Source of the DNA: Octopus bimaculoides | Taxonomy: Eukaryota | Assembly: GCF_001194135.2 (NCBI RefSeq) | Contig: NC_068983.1 | Location: forward strand, 91,074,540-91,138,347 | DNA: 63,808 nt | Direction of reading: 5' to 3' | Shown: positions 46,590 to 59,309 of the stretch, piece after piece | Layout of the letters: every line of letters starts with the position of its first letter | Position numbering within the stretch: the first letter of the stretch is position 1 | Program-made: the position numbers and the translations under genes | The notes under the pieces: generated by a model | The model's input: only the letters and a program-made list of their open reading frames with translations | Told to the model about the DNA's origin: nothing | Databases searched by the model: none

Positions 46590-48480
46590 TTGTAAAACAG
46601 TTCAATTCTTCTTTGCTTTTTGGCAAATTCTTCAGTCACTTTGCTATAAAATGCATCAGAACCACACTGCCTTCATCTTCTTCAAAATGAAAACCAAATT
46701 ATTCATTCTCTCTTCACTTTGAGAACATCTCATAATTATTGATTTGCTTTAAAGAAGAAAACTATCTCTCACAGGATGCAGATGTGGTAGGTATGGTCAG
46801 AATCATCATCATCATCATCACCATTTAACGTCCGCCTTCCATGCTAGCATGGGTTGGACGATTTGACTGAGGACTGGTGAAACCGGATGGCAACACCAGG
46901 CTCCAATCTAATTTGGCAGAGTTTCTACAGCTGGATGCCCTTCCTAACGCCAACCACTCAGAGAGTGTAGTGGGTGCTTTTACGTGTCACCCGCACGAAA
47001 ACGGCCACGCTCGAAGTGGTATCTTTTATGTGCCACCCGCACAAGAGCCAGTCCAGGGGCACTGGCAACGATCTCGCTCGAAAACCCTACAAGGCCAGTC
47101 AGGCGGTATATATGTATATATATATATGTCTGTACGTATCAGATGTAATAATTTTGTTACTTCTGCCAGAGCTTAGTTTAGTTCAAGTTCCTGTATTATA
47201 TCTGCTACTTCTTGGATGCTTGATGCTTGCTTTGCAAAATCTGCAGCACAAACTGATTTGAGCTCACATTTCAGTCTATCCAATTCCAATATATTTTTGT
47301 AGAAATTCAGAGATGAAAATGCTTCCACTGAAAATTATTTTTCATAAATGTGAAAAAAGCTTCAGATTCAACAATTCAACAAATTTGAACTTTTCCATCA
47401 TTTTAAATCTTTACTCAACATGAACAATAATTTCATCTAAAATGTTGTGAAACAAAGTTCTTAAAGTTTCTGGTTCTTCGTGTCGACTTCACTTCTCTGG
47501 TGGTTCAGTGACACCATCCAAAACCTGGGAGTGAAATTTCTCAAACTGAATCAATTTTTTTTTTTAGTTCTCAACTTCACAAATACACCTTGAAATATCA
47601 AACGAACGTTTCTGAAGTATTGAATACAGAATCTCTGAACCACTCAATATAGTTTCAAAAACTACTAATAAAAATTTTAAATTAAAATCTTCTTGGATTG
47701 CAATGAATCCCCTTGCTTGTGCTAATTCTGAAGCATTCCAATTCTCTGGATTTTCTAATATGGTTGAAAATAACTCAGAAAACGAAGTAATTTTATCGGA
47801 CAAAATGGATACTTGCTGAGATGAATAATTCCATCATGTGTTAGGTAGCTTTGGAAATCACCTTCTAATGATTTCTTGCATTAGTGATATCCAAGCCATC
47901 AACTTTGAGAAAAAAGTTACAATTCCCTTTAAAGTTTGAAAGAAAATTCAACATTCATGAATACTTGAAGCTGATTGGGAGAGTACCAAATTAAGTGAAT
48001 GTGCATAACAATGTATAAATATGACATTGGCACCAAAAATCTCCTTTATTCTTGTTTGCACTCTGTTCAAGTGCCCAGCGATCATGCTCACTCCATCATA
48101 AGTTTGTGTGATGAATTTTTGACTACATTTGAATTCATTAACAAATTTTCAAACTTTTTCAGTCAGTGATGCAGCCCTTCTATCTTTACTGACATTGACA
48201 TAACCCCAAAACCTTTCTTGAGGCTTTTCCTTCTCATCAAATCATAAAACATGCAACAATTGAGACTTCGTTTGCAGATCATCAAACATAACATAATCAA
48301 ACATAACAGCAACAAATGATGTTTTTCCAATCATTGTCCTAATTTCACCTTCAATTGTAGCAGTTATACAATTAATAATCACATTTTGAATATCATTGTT
48401 ACAAAGCAGTCTTTTGCCACTTGTCTTTGTACAATAGTTGTCACTCTGATAGATATTGTTATATTCCAAAGTTGTCAATA
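46590..48480 (-). mobile_element. Decayed hAT transposase (ZMYM1/Tip100-like), split by an RTE 3' fragment at 46801-47105
   Basis: IQNVIINCI, QTYDGVSMIAGHLNRVQTRIKE..IHCYAHSLNLVL, LTIPTTSASCER, KQRRIELFYK*. Confidence 0.9.
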
Positions 48481-48484
48481 GGTT

Positions 48485-51400
48485 GTTTCTATCTGGCACT
48501 GTACAACCCCCAGTCGTACAGTGTTATTATTCTCAAAGGGTTGGATCATTATAATGCCCTCTCAGTATCACAGTATAATTACTTTATCAGCACAGACAAG
48601 ACTATCAACACAGTCTACACGTAGTGGCCGTGTGGTAAGTAGCTTGCTTACCAACCACATGGTTCCGGGTTCAGTCCCACTGCATGGCACCTTGGGCAAG
48701 TGTTTTCTACTATAGCCTCGGGCCGACCAAAGCCTTGTGAGTGGATTTGGTAGACGGAAACTGAAAAAAGCCCATCGTATATATGTATATATATATATAT
48801 GTGTGTGTGTTTGTGTGTCTGTGTTTGTCCCCCCCACCATCGCTTGACAACCGATGGTGGTGTGTTTACATCCCCGTAACTTAGCGGTTCGGCAAAAGAG
48901 ACCGATAGAATAAGTACTAGGCTTCTAAAGAATAAGTCCTGGGGTCGATTTGCTTGACTAAAGGCGGTGCTCCAGCATGGCTGCAGTCAAATGACTGAAA
49001 CAAGTAAAAGAGTAAAAGAAAGTAAAGAGAGTACTCTCGTACTCTACATACTCTCTCGATACCAGACGATAGTGATTGTCTCGTTCCACTCATCACATGG
49101 GAGGTGTGTACCATTATTGCTAATTCCCTACAACATCTCCCCTTTTAAGTTTTTCTTAGGAAGTGTCAGTTTATTTAGCAATAATATTTTTATTCAACCC
49201 ACCTCCAGTTTTTGAATTTTTTTTTTTCTGAACAATCTAATATTTTTTCTCTTGGCATCTATTTTCAGGAATTCTGTATGTTTTTTTCCCTCTCACTTTT
49301 ACGCCTGGGTTCAATCAGCTGCAGTGGTGTTGGTACTTGGAACATATTGTACAACTATTCCATCGGTTCCTCCAACTTCTTTAGTTCACTTTCCATGAAT
49401 CTCTTTTTCAGTTGGTTCCTGTGTCTCTTTTGTATGTCTTTTCTACTTTTTACCTAATACATCATTTTACCTATGTATTTGGTAATTTCGCCCTCTTCTC
49501 AGTTCTGCTTTCCATTTTTGTATGTCCTCATATACACCCTATCACCAACTTTAAAAAATCTTGCTATGTCTTCCCTGGCACTTTTTCTTTTCTTGCTAGG
49601 TAGCAATTTATCAAAAACTAACTTTACTTTCCTTGCAAACATCAGCTCTGCTGGTGAGTTAACTGCTGATGTATACAGATTTGGTGTTACATGGTACACT
49701 CTTAAAAATTGTTGAAGGACTACCTCATCTGTGCTTTCCTTATTTGGTTTTCTAAGCTCTTTTGAAGGTATCAACAAAGCGTTCTACCTGTCCATTAGAT
49801 CTGGGATGGTATGGCACCGTAGTTATATGTTCTACCATGAACATTTCACAAAATTTTAAGAATTCACTAGACACAAATTGCGTTCCATTACCATCAATAT
49901 TTTGTCCCAAGTATTTTATTTTTTTATTTTTTCAGCAAGAATTCACACTTTACCTCTACACCAAAAAGAAAGCCACTTAAATTTACTATAAGCCATCGTG
50001 TGTGTTAATTTTGAACAAATGTGAGCATGTGCAACTAAAACGCTCACCTTTGTTGAAAAATCTGTACACACTCTTCATTTGTCGTTCTTTTTTGTGCAAA
50101 CTATCAGTGTTGCCCAGTCTGTGTGGTCATTCTTTTCAATTATAGCAAGGCATTCCAGTCTTTCCAGTTCTTTGTTAACCTGGTCTATTAATTCAAACAG
50201 TACATTTCTTTTTGGCCTACATACAGGTGTTTCATGTTTTGTTGCAATTTTTTGTTTCAGTTCTTTAGCCTCATTTTAACCTATATAGCTGCCTCAGTCG
50301 AAGGTTCAAAGCACTTATGGGTGTATCCCATAAATTAAATACTTGTATCCACTCTGTGCCAAATAAATTAAATGAATGTTTTAATACATATATCTTAGCC
50401 TTTTTCATTTGACTGCGAAATATTATGTTACATATGCATTCATCAATAAAATTTTTTTTTTCTGTAACACCATGTACTACCTTTTTAGATTTAATTAATT
50501 TTGGCTTACTGACGTATTTCCATGTTTTTTTTCATTTATAATAGTCATGTCACTACCTGTGTTGAACTTCAATTTTACACTTGTATTTTTAATTTTCACA
50601 TTTACAGATTTTTTGTTTGTTGTAGTACCTTTTTTCCGATGACAAAATATTTACTTTTTTCTCATTATTCTGACATTATATCATTTATGTTCTACAGTGT
50701 GACTTTATATGTCCTGTATTACCACAATGAAAGCACTTTGCTTTTTTAAATGGACAATTTTTCCTCAGGTGCATACTATCACATGCAAAACATGGCCTTA
50801 TAGCCTAATGTTTGTCATGTTTTTTAGAAAACATTTTATCTCTATACAGACTATTTTGCAATAGTTTTACTTGGAAACAATCTTTGCGTTCAATTTTCTC
50901 TGTGTCATGTTTTGATTTAAGTATCCCTTTACATTCTTCAGATACTTTTTGTAGGGTTACCTCCTCGTTTTGCTCCAGCTTTGCAAGAACTCTAGTTCTG
51001 ACTTCTACTCCTTTTTCAGCAGTTAGTCCCTGAGTAATAATCAGACATTTGAACATATCTAGACTTAATTTATCCAGCTTAAACTTCTCGCATTCTGTTT
51101 ACTCTACCAGCATATGTGATGTTGTCCTCGTTACTATTTTTCTCTGTGTTCAGACACTTCCACCGTGTATTAAACAAGGAGCTTTTTTCACTGAAAATCT
51201 TACACAATATATCTACTGTGTCATTAAACTTTATGTCAGACGGTTTCCTTGGGAGTAGAAAATTACTGTATTGTTTATGATCTATTGGCGCCAATTTTCT
51301 TAAGATTAAGCAAGTTTTCATCTTGTCATCCCAATCGTTACATTTTTTCTTTTTTTGAAAATTTGCTCATATCTTCTGTAGTATACTTCAAAATAGAAAA
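48485..51400 (-). mobile_element. Second Mag-type Gypsy, internally deleted (gag joined to integrase end, PPT, LTR split by a SINE)
   Basis: LLPRKPSDIKFNDTVDIL..SSLFNTRWKCLN, MFKCLIITQGLT (gag); LQQFLRVYHVTPN..SPAELMFARKV..DKLLP (integrase); AAAAGGGGAGA then TGTTG at 49135. Confidence 0.88.
48620..49030 (+). mobile_element. Family A tRNA-derived SINE, full length
   Basis: GTGGCCGTGTGGTAAGTAGC head, GGTTCAGTCCC B-box-like motif, central TA/GT microsatellite, (GTAAAAGA)n tail. Confidence 0.92.
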
Positions 51401-52678
51401 TAAAATATAATGAAATCGATTAAATCGATCGAAAATCAATTCTATTAAAAAATATAGCTAATCTTCAGGTCAAAATACAACAATAATAATAATAAAAGGA
51501 ATGTATATATTAACCAACAATAAATAACAAATGAATGTATATAGAAATACTTATTATATTAAGATAGAAAATATTAAACAATATTATTAAAAAGAAATGT
51601 AATACTAATGTTATCGAAAATTATAAACGTGACATTATTAACTTTACGTTTATTAGAATATAAACTAACAGAAATATTAAATGCAAATCTTATCTTAATG
51701 AATCTTTCGTTTAAAATACAATTTAAATGAAGTTTTAGGTTAAACTAAAATTATAAACATAATATAAATAACTTTAATTTTAATATAAACTAACAAAAAC
51801 TTAATTTATATAAATTAATTTATATAAAGATAATTATATCACCATTAAATAAAAAAAAACATTTAACAAAATTATTAAAAAGAAATACAAAACTTATCTA
51901 ATCAAATAAATTTTTAACTGTTGTACTATTAACTTGACCTTAATTAGAATATTAAATAATAATCAAAGAAATTATATAAAAAGACTACTTATTTATCCCC
52001 TAAATCAAAAAGAAATATCAAACAATATTATTGGAAATAAATGCAACACGAATCTAATCGAAGTTTTGGTAAACTTTATACTATTTGATAAACTTTATAC
52101 TATTAACTTAGTGTTAAATAATATATCTGCTAACATTAAATATCAATTGAATTAATATAAAAGATATATATTTTCCCAATCAATGATAGAAAATCATTTA
52201 ACAATATTATTGAACATAAAAGCAATACTTATCTCAACGATGCTATAGTTTAAACTAAAAATTTTAGACGTTATACTAATAACTAAGCGTTTATTAGAAA
52301 GAAGTCACGTGAAGATATTGCGTAAAGAAAAAGAATAGAATAAAGAGATATAAAAACATGAAAGTTTTATTTATAAGATAATGAATGAAAATCAAAATTT
52401 ATATAACTTAAATGATAATAAAACAATTAACTATATTGTAAACATTTTATGGAACTTTAAAATCTAAGTAATTATAGAGTCTAAAGAATAAGACTAAGAA
52501 ACATAAATTAAATAATATATATGAAATAAGCTAAAATACTATAATTAAATTAATTAATTAAAATATTTATATTATTAATTTTATAAAAATTATAGTGTCA
52601 AAATATTAATTCCTTAAACTCACTAAAAATATTAACGAAGCAATAAATACACAATTAATAAATATAAACTATAACTAC
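51400..52678. repeat. Extremely AT-rich block with degenerate internal repeats
   Basis: Recurrent AATATTATT(A/G)..AA(A/G)..AATAC/AACAC..ATCT motif near 51580, 51870, 52022 and 52201. Confidence 0.55.
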
Positions 52679-52778
52679 NNNNNNNNNNNNNNNNNNNNNN
52701 NNNNNNNNNNNNNNNNNNNNNNNNNNNNNNNNNNNNNNNNNNNNNNNNNNNNNNNNNNNNNNNNNNNNNNNNNNNNNN
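52679..52778. other. Exactly 100-N gap (typical of an unknown-size scaffold join)
   Basis: 100 consecutive N; the other gaps in the window have irregular lengths. Confidence 0.85.
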
Positions 52779-53374
52779 TTTTTTTTATTGCTCTTGTTTT
52801 GATAAGACCAACTTGAAGCAATTTGATCCAGATTGATTTTTAAGCAGTATTTTCTAAATCTAAGAAAAGTAGGTAGGTACGCATTGCCAACCAACATCCC
52901 CTTTTTGCTAATCAATAACCATCCTTTTTTTTCTACAATAGCCCACTAGATCTTCAAACCTCTCTAGGGGATGGTACTGCCCACTTTGGGAACAACTGCT
53001 ATAGACTAAAGAATATACATTAATATAAATGTCATTAAACAAAAGTGGTGATGTGTTAGTTCATGGGGATTTTCATATCACTAAGATTAATGCTAACAGA
53101 CATAGCCAAGGTTAATTTAAACTTTTAGTGGCTCCGCCAGTGGAAGAAGTAATTCTCAGACTAGAGATCTGGCACAAATACCTGCAATGAAATAACAGAA
53201 TGAACTCAACTAAAGACAGAAAGAACAGGTGGTGGTGTTAAATGGACTACATTTGGGTTTAAGCTGTCTTTCATTCAGATGAAACTAATTTAAATATTGA
53301 TGTGTAAAACATACTCGGCATTTAAATCAGTGAAATAATGAAAATCTGAAAAACTTTATAAATAACAGTCTTAC

Positions 53375-53419
53375 CTTTGCTTCATCGATATTGGTCCAAA
53401 TGGAGCCATTCAATTTGGT
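53375..53419 (-). CDS. DAAM: DAAM-type formin exon (FH2 lasso region)
   Basis: Acceptor gctgttgtag|ACC, donor AAG|gtaaga, 45 nt, phase 0-0. Encodes TKLNGSIWTNIDEAK, collinear with DAAM KL.GT.WT.IDD.K. Confidence 0.88.
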
Positions 53420-53790
53420 CTACAACAGCCACATTAAATAGAAAATAAAAATCAATGGTAACTTATAATAAAAAAAATAACTTTTTAATAAAAATAAAAT
53501 GTAATAAATACTGATATCTCCCCCTAAGCACAAAGCCAAATTTTGTGCAGGAGAGCATACAGTTGACTGAAATTCAAAATATTCTCAAAGATAATTGGAA
53601 CTTCATGCCAGCATGGAAGGCAGATGTTAAATGAATACATAATGAATGGAAGAATGGTAAAAATAGTTTCAACAGATTTCTTAGATGGTGTTAATTTTAC
53701 CTTTTGTCAGTCCTGTGTCAAAACACTTCCAACGATATGTTGGATTCAGTCAACTTTTAGTACATAAAGAAACAAACATAATTTACTTAC

Positions 53791-53900
53791 ATCAGGTAGT
53801 TTAGACCAGTTGAAAGACTTCAATGGCTGAGAAGAAGCTGGAGTATTTTTTTTCCGAGTGGTGGTTGTAGAGCTTTCAACTGAAGGATTTCTCTTTGAGG
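53791..53900 (-). CDS. DAAM: DAAM-type formin exon, start of FH2 domain
   Basis: Acceptor ttcttacatttcag|CC, donor GAT|gtaagt, 110 nt. Encodes SKRNPSVESSTTTTRKKNTPASSQPLKSFNWSKLPD; LKSFNWSKLP is the characteristic DAAM FH2 N-terminal motif. Confidence 0.88.
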
Positions 53901-54224
53901 CTGAAATGTAAGAACATTGTAACGAAATATTCTGTTAGTAGCTCACAATTTAAGTAGTTCTTGTATTGTTTTGTATGTATATTTTATTCAAACATAGATC
54001 AACCATTTTCAAGGAAATATCTCCAGCACACCAAAGAAAACCTAATTTTTATGCTTTTTATAATGAAAGAAATCTTATTTTTATATTTTTGACAAAATTA
54101 ATTTATTTATTTGCTGAACTTGGATAAAAGATTTTCACTAGAACATTATATACATAAATAAATACTCAATATACACATATCCCCAAAATGTTGATGAACG
54201 TGGAATAAAAACAACCATGTTAAG

Positions 54225-56725
54225 CAGGCATATCAAACATGCGGCCCATTGCAAGCACACCTGTGGCCTGCACAGATGGCTGCGCCTTCCCACCGAGCGC
54301 ATTGACATCATTGGATCTGGGTCTGATTACAGGCAGGAAGAAAGTTATACAATTACTTGGAGACCAAGAGCTGCAGAATTTCCCCATCAGAGAGTCAGCA
54401 ATTGCCTAATCTACAGCTCCAGATGTGTCATACATCAAACGTTACAGATGTTTGCACATCGTGGAACGTACTTCTCAATGTTCATACAAGTTGATTTTCC
54501 TTTCTTCTCTTCGTCATTCATTAAATTCTCATCTGGTGGACAGAGTTAAGAGAGCGTATTCAAGCCCTGCATTGCCTGTGTCCTGTGATTCCTGCTGCAG
54601 TATGTTGCATTTTCGGTGAGTAGATTTACAAATCTATTTTGTCTTTAAAATAGCTAGTGCTCTTCCAGCTAAGAGAAAAAGGAAACTGAACAAAGGGCGA
54701 GTGTTTCAAGAAAAATGGGAATTACAGTATTTTTGCACAATGGTGAATGGAAAGATACATTGCTTAATTTTCAACAACAGCATTGCCATACCAAAAGAGT
54801 ACAACTTGAAACGAACCATCAATCTTATGGTAAATATGAAGGTCCAATGCATGTTTCAAGACTCACAGAATTGATGGCACAGCAACTGACCTGTTTTACG
54901 AAAAATCAGAAAGGGAATGTTGCTTTCCATTACTCAGCTGAATGATTACCATGAATAGGAAATCTTACAGTGAAGGAGATTTCGTAAAGCAATGCCTTGT
55001 AAAAACGGCTGAAATTGTGTGTCCAGAGAAAGCACACTTATTCAAAGATATTTCATTAACCAGGAACACTAGCTGAATGGATTGATGAAATGTCAGGTGA
55101 TTTGAAACAACAGATGAAAGCTGCGTCTTCAAGATTTTAACATTTTTCTATTGCTATTGATGAGACTGTTGACATCACTGGAATAGCACAGCTTGCAGTC
55201 TTCATCAGGGCCTGTGACAATTTAATATTTATGAAGAATTGATTGAACTGATCCCAAAGCATGACACTACAACAAGCCAGGATATCTTTGAGTAAGTTGA
55301 ACAGGTTCTGCATGACTAAGGTTTTGATTTGAGTAAACTTGCATACTTATCAACCAATGGTGCGGCAAATATGGTTGGCAGACATAATGGTGTTGCTACC
55401 AAGTTATGAACAAAAATAGACAATTTGCATCCGGCTTCATCATTTGCACATTTTCACTGCATTATTCATCAGCAAAATTTGTGCTTAAAGATTTTAAAAT
55501 TGGGTCATGGGATTAGTTTGGTCATAAAGACAGTGAACTATATCAGAGGCTGTACTCCCAACCACTGTCAACTCAGCCAGTTGTTGAAAGAGATGGATAA
55601 TCAATGTTCCATTCTATACAGAAATCCACTGGTTGTCATGGCACAAAGTATTGAAAAGATTTTATTTGTTGAGACAAGAAATAATTGTTTTTGGAGATGA
55701 AAGGTCAAAACACAGATGAAATAAAAGATGAGAGTTGGCTCCAGGATCTGGCTTTTGTCGTGGAGATTACTGCACAATTGACTGATCTCAATTTGAAATG
55801 ACAAGGTAAAAACAAACTCATCACTCAGTTGTATGATGACATCAAGTGATTCATTACAAAATTAAGCTTATGGAAGTCACAGTTGAAAATTTAGTTAATT
55901 TTCATAAGTGCAAAGAGCCGAAAAATAGTGCTAATACTGAATTTGTACTTAGCTTTGCCATATGACAGTTACCTGAAATTGTTCTCAAAGGAATTTCAGG
56001 AAAAATTTTGTGATTTCTCATCTTTTGAACATCCATTTGCATTATTCTCAGCACCATTAACCTTTGATGTTGCTAAGGCAGAAGAAAGCCTGCAGATGGA
56101 ACTATTAGAAATGCAGTCAGATTCTTCACTCAGAGCAAAGTATTTTGAAGTGGAGATAACTGGTTTCTTTTCATTCCTTCTTGAAAACTTTAAAAACTTC
56201 AGAAAGTTTACCACAAGGATTACAGCAATGTTTGGTTCTACCTGTGTGTGTGAACATTATTTTCCTTCATGAAATCAACAAAAATTCAGCAAATAAGGCT
56301 GACTGATCAACACTTGTCATCTCTCATCAAACTTAGAACTGCACAGACATTTCAGCCAGACATACCAAAAATTGTCAGCAAAAAGTGGTGTCAAGCCTCA
56401 GGACAAAACACTAAAAATGCTTGAATAATCCTAAATAAAAGTTCATTTTCAACTATTGTAATGTTTGTACAATGCATTTGTTATTGTTGCATTCATATCT
56501 ATGTTGCTGTTTAAAATTTCATTTTTTTCTTTTGTTAAACAATTTCATTAATTTGCGTTCTTGAATGTGGCAAAACCATAATATATTTCTAAGTTTATGT
56601 AAGAAAAATATTCTGCAATAATTTTTATTAAATGACTTCAGCTAGAATTGAAGCAAGTATGGCCCTCATGACAACACAAATGTGATCCATATGGCCCTTG
56701 GGGGACCCTCAGTTGGACCTGCCTG
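54225..56725 (+). mobile_element. Full-length decayed hAT transposon (Charlie/SPIN/GTF2IRD2-like)
   Basis: Ends CAGGCATATCAAAC / GTTGGACCTGCCTG; flanks ATGTTAAG / ATGTAGAG (6/8); KRKLNKGRVFQEKWELQYF, FSIAIDETVDITGIAQLAVFIR, HCIIHQQNLC, AMFGSTCVCE. Confidence 0.92.
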
Positions 56726-57174
56726 ATGTAGAGATAAAACTACTATAAAGATATACCACTAAACTATTTCTTGGCCAGACAGGGAAAATACAAGTGCTTA
56801 GTCATTATTTTTGTGTGTGTGGAGAGAGAGAGAGAGATAGAGAGAATGTGTGTGTGCGTGCATGCTCACTCTCAATGTAATTGCACTGTCCAACCAGTTT
56901 TGGCAGGAGTTGGTTGGATACTGAAATAAGTTTTCAACAACCTTTGAGAGAAAATGACAACAACCTATATCTGTACAGAAATGTAGTTTCAGGACTCTGG
57001 TAATAATAGTTTTAATCAAATTTTCATTTGTAGCTGCAATTAGATGATTATATGTTCTTTATTTCCATTTAGTATGGCACTACACACTGCTTTGTCTTTG
57101 GACAGTTCAGCAGCATGTGTATTTTAGAGAAAGGAATGTTGTGAATGGTCTGCTATGGACTGCAACTCTGGGGA

Positions 57175-57176
<2 letters not shown>

Positions 57177-57224
<48 letters not shown>

Positions 57225-57320
57225 GAGAGNNNNNNNNNNNNNNNNNNNNNNNNNNNNNNNNNNNNNNNNNNNNNNNNNNNNNNNNNNNNNNNNNNNNNNN
57301 NNNNNNNNNNNNNNNNNNNN

Positions 57321-57370
<50 letters not shown>
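57177..57370. repeat. (GT)n(GA)n microsatellite containing a gap
   Basis: Direct inspection. Confidence 0.95.
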
Positions 57371-57373
<3 letters not shown>

Positions 57374-57539
57374 AGTGAACCACCTTTATTTAGTCATTTT
57401 AAAGTAAGTAAAGAACACTCTAATCAAAAGGAAAAATTTTAATCCCTATATTCATCATTTAACATTCTGTTATGTGTGTTATTAACATCAACATACGCAT
57501 TTGAAATTTTTTGCCTTTTAACCAAAACTTTCTTTGAAA

Positions 57540-58600
57540 AATGGCTGCTAATAATTTTTTTAGTCATAACTTATTCACTGATTTAATTGATGATTAAATA
57601 GATAAGGCTGTTGGCTTCAGAGATGATTACCAGAATGATATATTGACTTCTTCAGCACATATGAGTAAATTTGTCTGGTTTTGATTTGTCCAATTTTTCA
57701 AATGATTCAGAAACAATATTACTGGCAGGATGTTCAGATGTTTTTAATCATTAAATTCAACCCTTCGGTTCTTAACCCAAAAACAACTTTAGGATTTGAT
57801 ATGTAGCCTGCTGAATATTTTTTGGCCAACTTTTCCCACTGAGTTTCATTAGTTCAATCATCCAACAAATTTTTGATAACAAAAAGAAGCATCAACTTTA
57901 TTCCTACATGATTTGATGAAATTCATGTATATCTAGGTATGTTGTTTCTGATGGGAGTAAGAAACCCACAATAAATGAAATATTATCCAGGAATAGATAT
58001 GAGCAACTTAATTTTTTTTCCACATGAACAACTGTACACAAAACCAAACACATACCTGTTCTGCTCATAACATTTAAAATCATGCCAAGGAACTATTTCT
58101 TCCCATTGTGAATCCTACAAGCCTCTATGATAAAATACAGAGGTAATATATTTCTTCTAAACCAATTACAGGAAGGATAAAAGCATGAATCCTTACCAAC
58201 TCTGATCTCTTTTAGATACTTCATTCACTAACAAAACATAGGTGTCATACCTGCCATTCAATCAGCATAATCTTACTGCTAGCATGAAAACATGTAAACT
58301 GCAAGTCTCAGGTATTACCAATCCAAGAAAAGTGAGATGAGCACCTAACCAGTTTTACACCAAACCTATCACCATCAAAGAATATGTTGAAAACTTTATT
58401 GAGGTAGATGAAAATGATCAACTCTGATCCTATTTTAGAATCAGAAAGTTTAAAAAAGTGGTGCAAATATATGTTTTGGTTTATTTTGGATGTGGTGATG
58501 GTAAATGCACAAATTTTGTACCCAGATACCCCAGAAAGGACACACTAAAAGCCCATCTCATACCTGCAGTTTTACATAGCAATAGCTGAAGAATTAATAA
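57540..58600 (+). mobile_element. Decayed piggyBac transposase fragment
   Basis: DEIHVYLGMLFLMG, ILSRNRYEQL, SMIKYRG, KPITIKEY..VDENDQL..KWCKYMFWFILDVVMVNA. Confidence 0.82.
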
Positions 58601-58689
58601 ATAGTTACCTTCTTTATCATTTCATCATTATTTAACATACACATACTCACGAGCACACACATATACACATGCATGCATACGTATTGAAA

Positions 58690-58747
58690 TCAGACATATA
58701 CATACATGTATATACCTAGACATATAAACATACACACACACACACAC

Positions 58748-58801
<54 letters not shown>

Positions 58802-58827
58802 TATATATATACACACATACACATATA

Positions 58828-58863
<36 letters not shown>
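58690..58863. repeat. Compound (CA)n/(TA)n microsatellite
   Basis: Direct inspection. Confidence 0.95.
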
Positions 58864-58869
<6 letters not shown>

Positions 58870-58999
58870 TTGGTAAATAGCCCTGCTCAATATGTAGAAA
58901 GGGTGTAGGCAGAAATTCTAGTTAGTGTAGCTAATGCAAGTTATGGACACACAAGGGGTGCAGTGGAATAGTAGTAAGGTTAACAGAGAAAATATTTGT

Positions 59000-59300
59000 A
59001 TGTGGAAGATGTATGGGAGCCATAAAGACCACAGACACACAAGAAACTGATTTCCTTAAATGTCCTGGTAGCTCCCTGGAAGTAATAGATTTTTACTACC
59101 TAGGTGACCTAATGAGCAGTGGAGGAGGACATACTGAGAGTGTAAATGCTAGTTCAGAGAGCTTTTACCCCTGTTGGAAACTACAGGTCTCTCTCTCTCC
59201 AAGTAAAGGGAAAATGGTATGATGCATGTGTATGAACTGTGATGCTGCACAATAGAGAGACATGGGCTTTGAATGTGGAGGACATGTGAAGGCTGGAGAG
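59000..59300 (+). mobile_element. Decayed RTE C-terminal fragment
   Basis: SLEVIDFYYLGDLMSSGGG; homologous to the RTE copies at 12.3-12.6 kb and 23.8-24.1 kb. Confidence 0.75.
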
Positions 59301-59309
59301 CAATGAAAA

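Noticed and set aside
48620-48700. tRNA-like heads with A/B boxes, also at 9.1-9.2, 13.3, 17.9, 33.9 and 42.5 kb
   Set aside because: No cloverleaf; each continues into a SINE body, so these are not tRNA genes.
52780-52860. KINLDQIASSWSYQNK as the next DAAM exon (resembles LDLEDLERTFSAYQ)
   Set aside because: The available AG acceptors put this frame in phase 2, but the upstream donor is phase 0; the phase-0 reading hits a stop.
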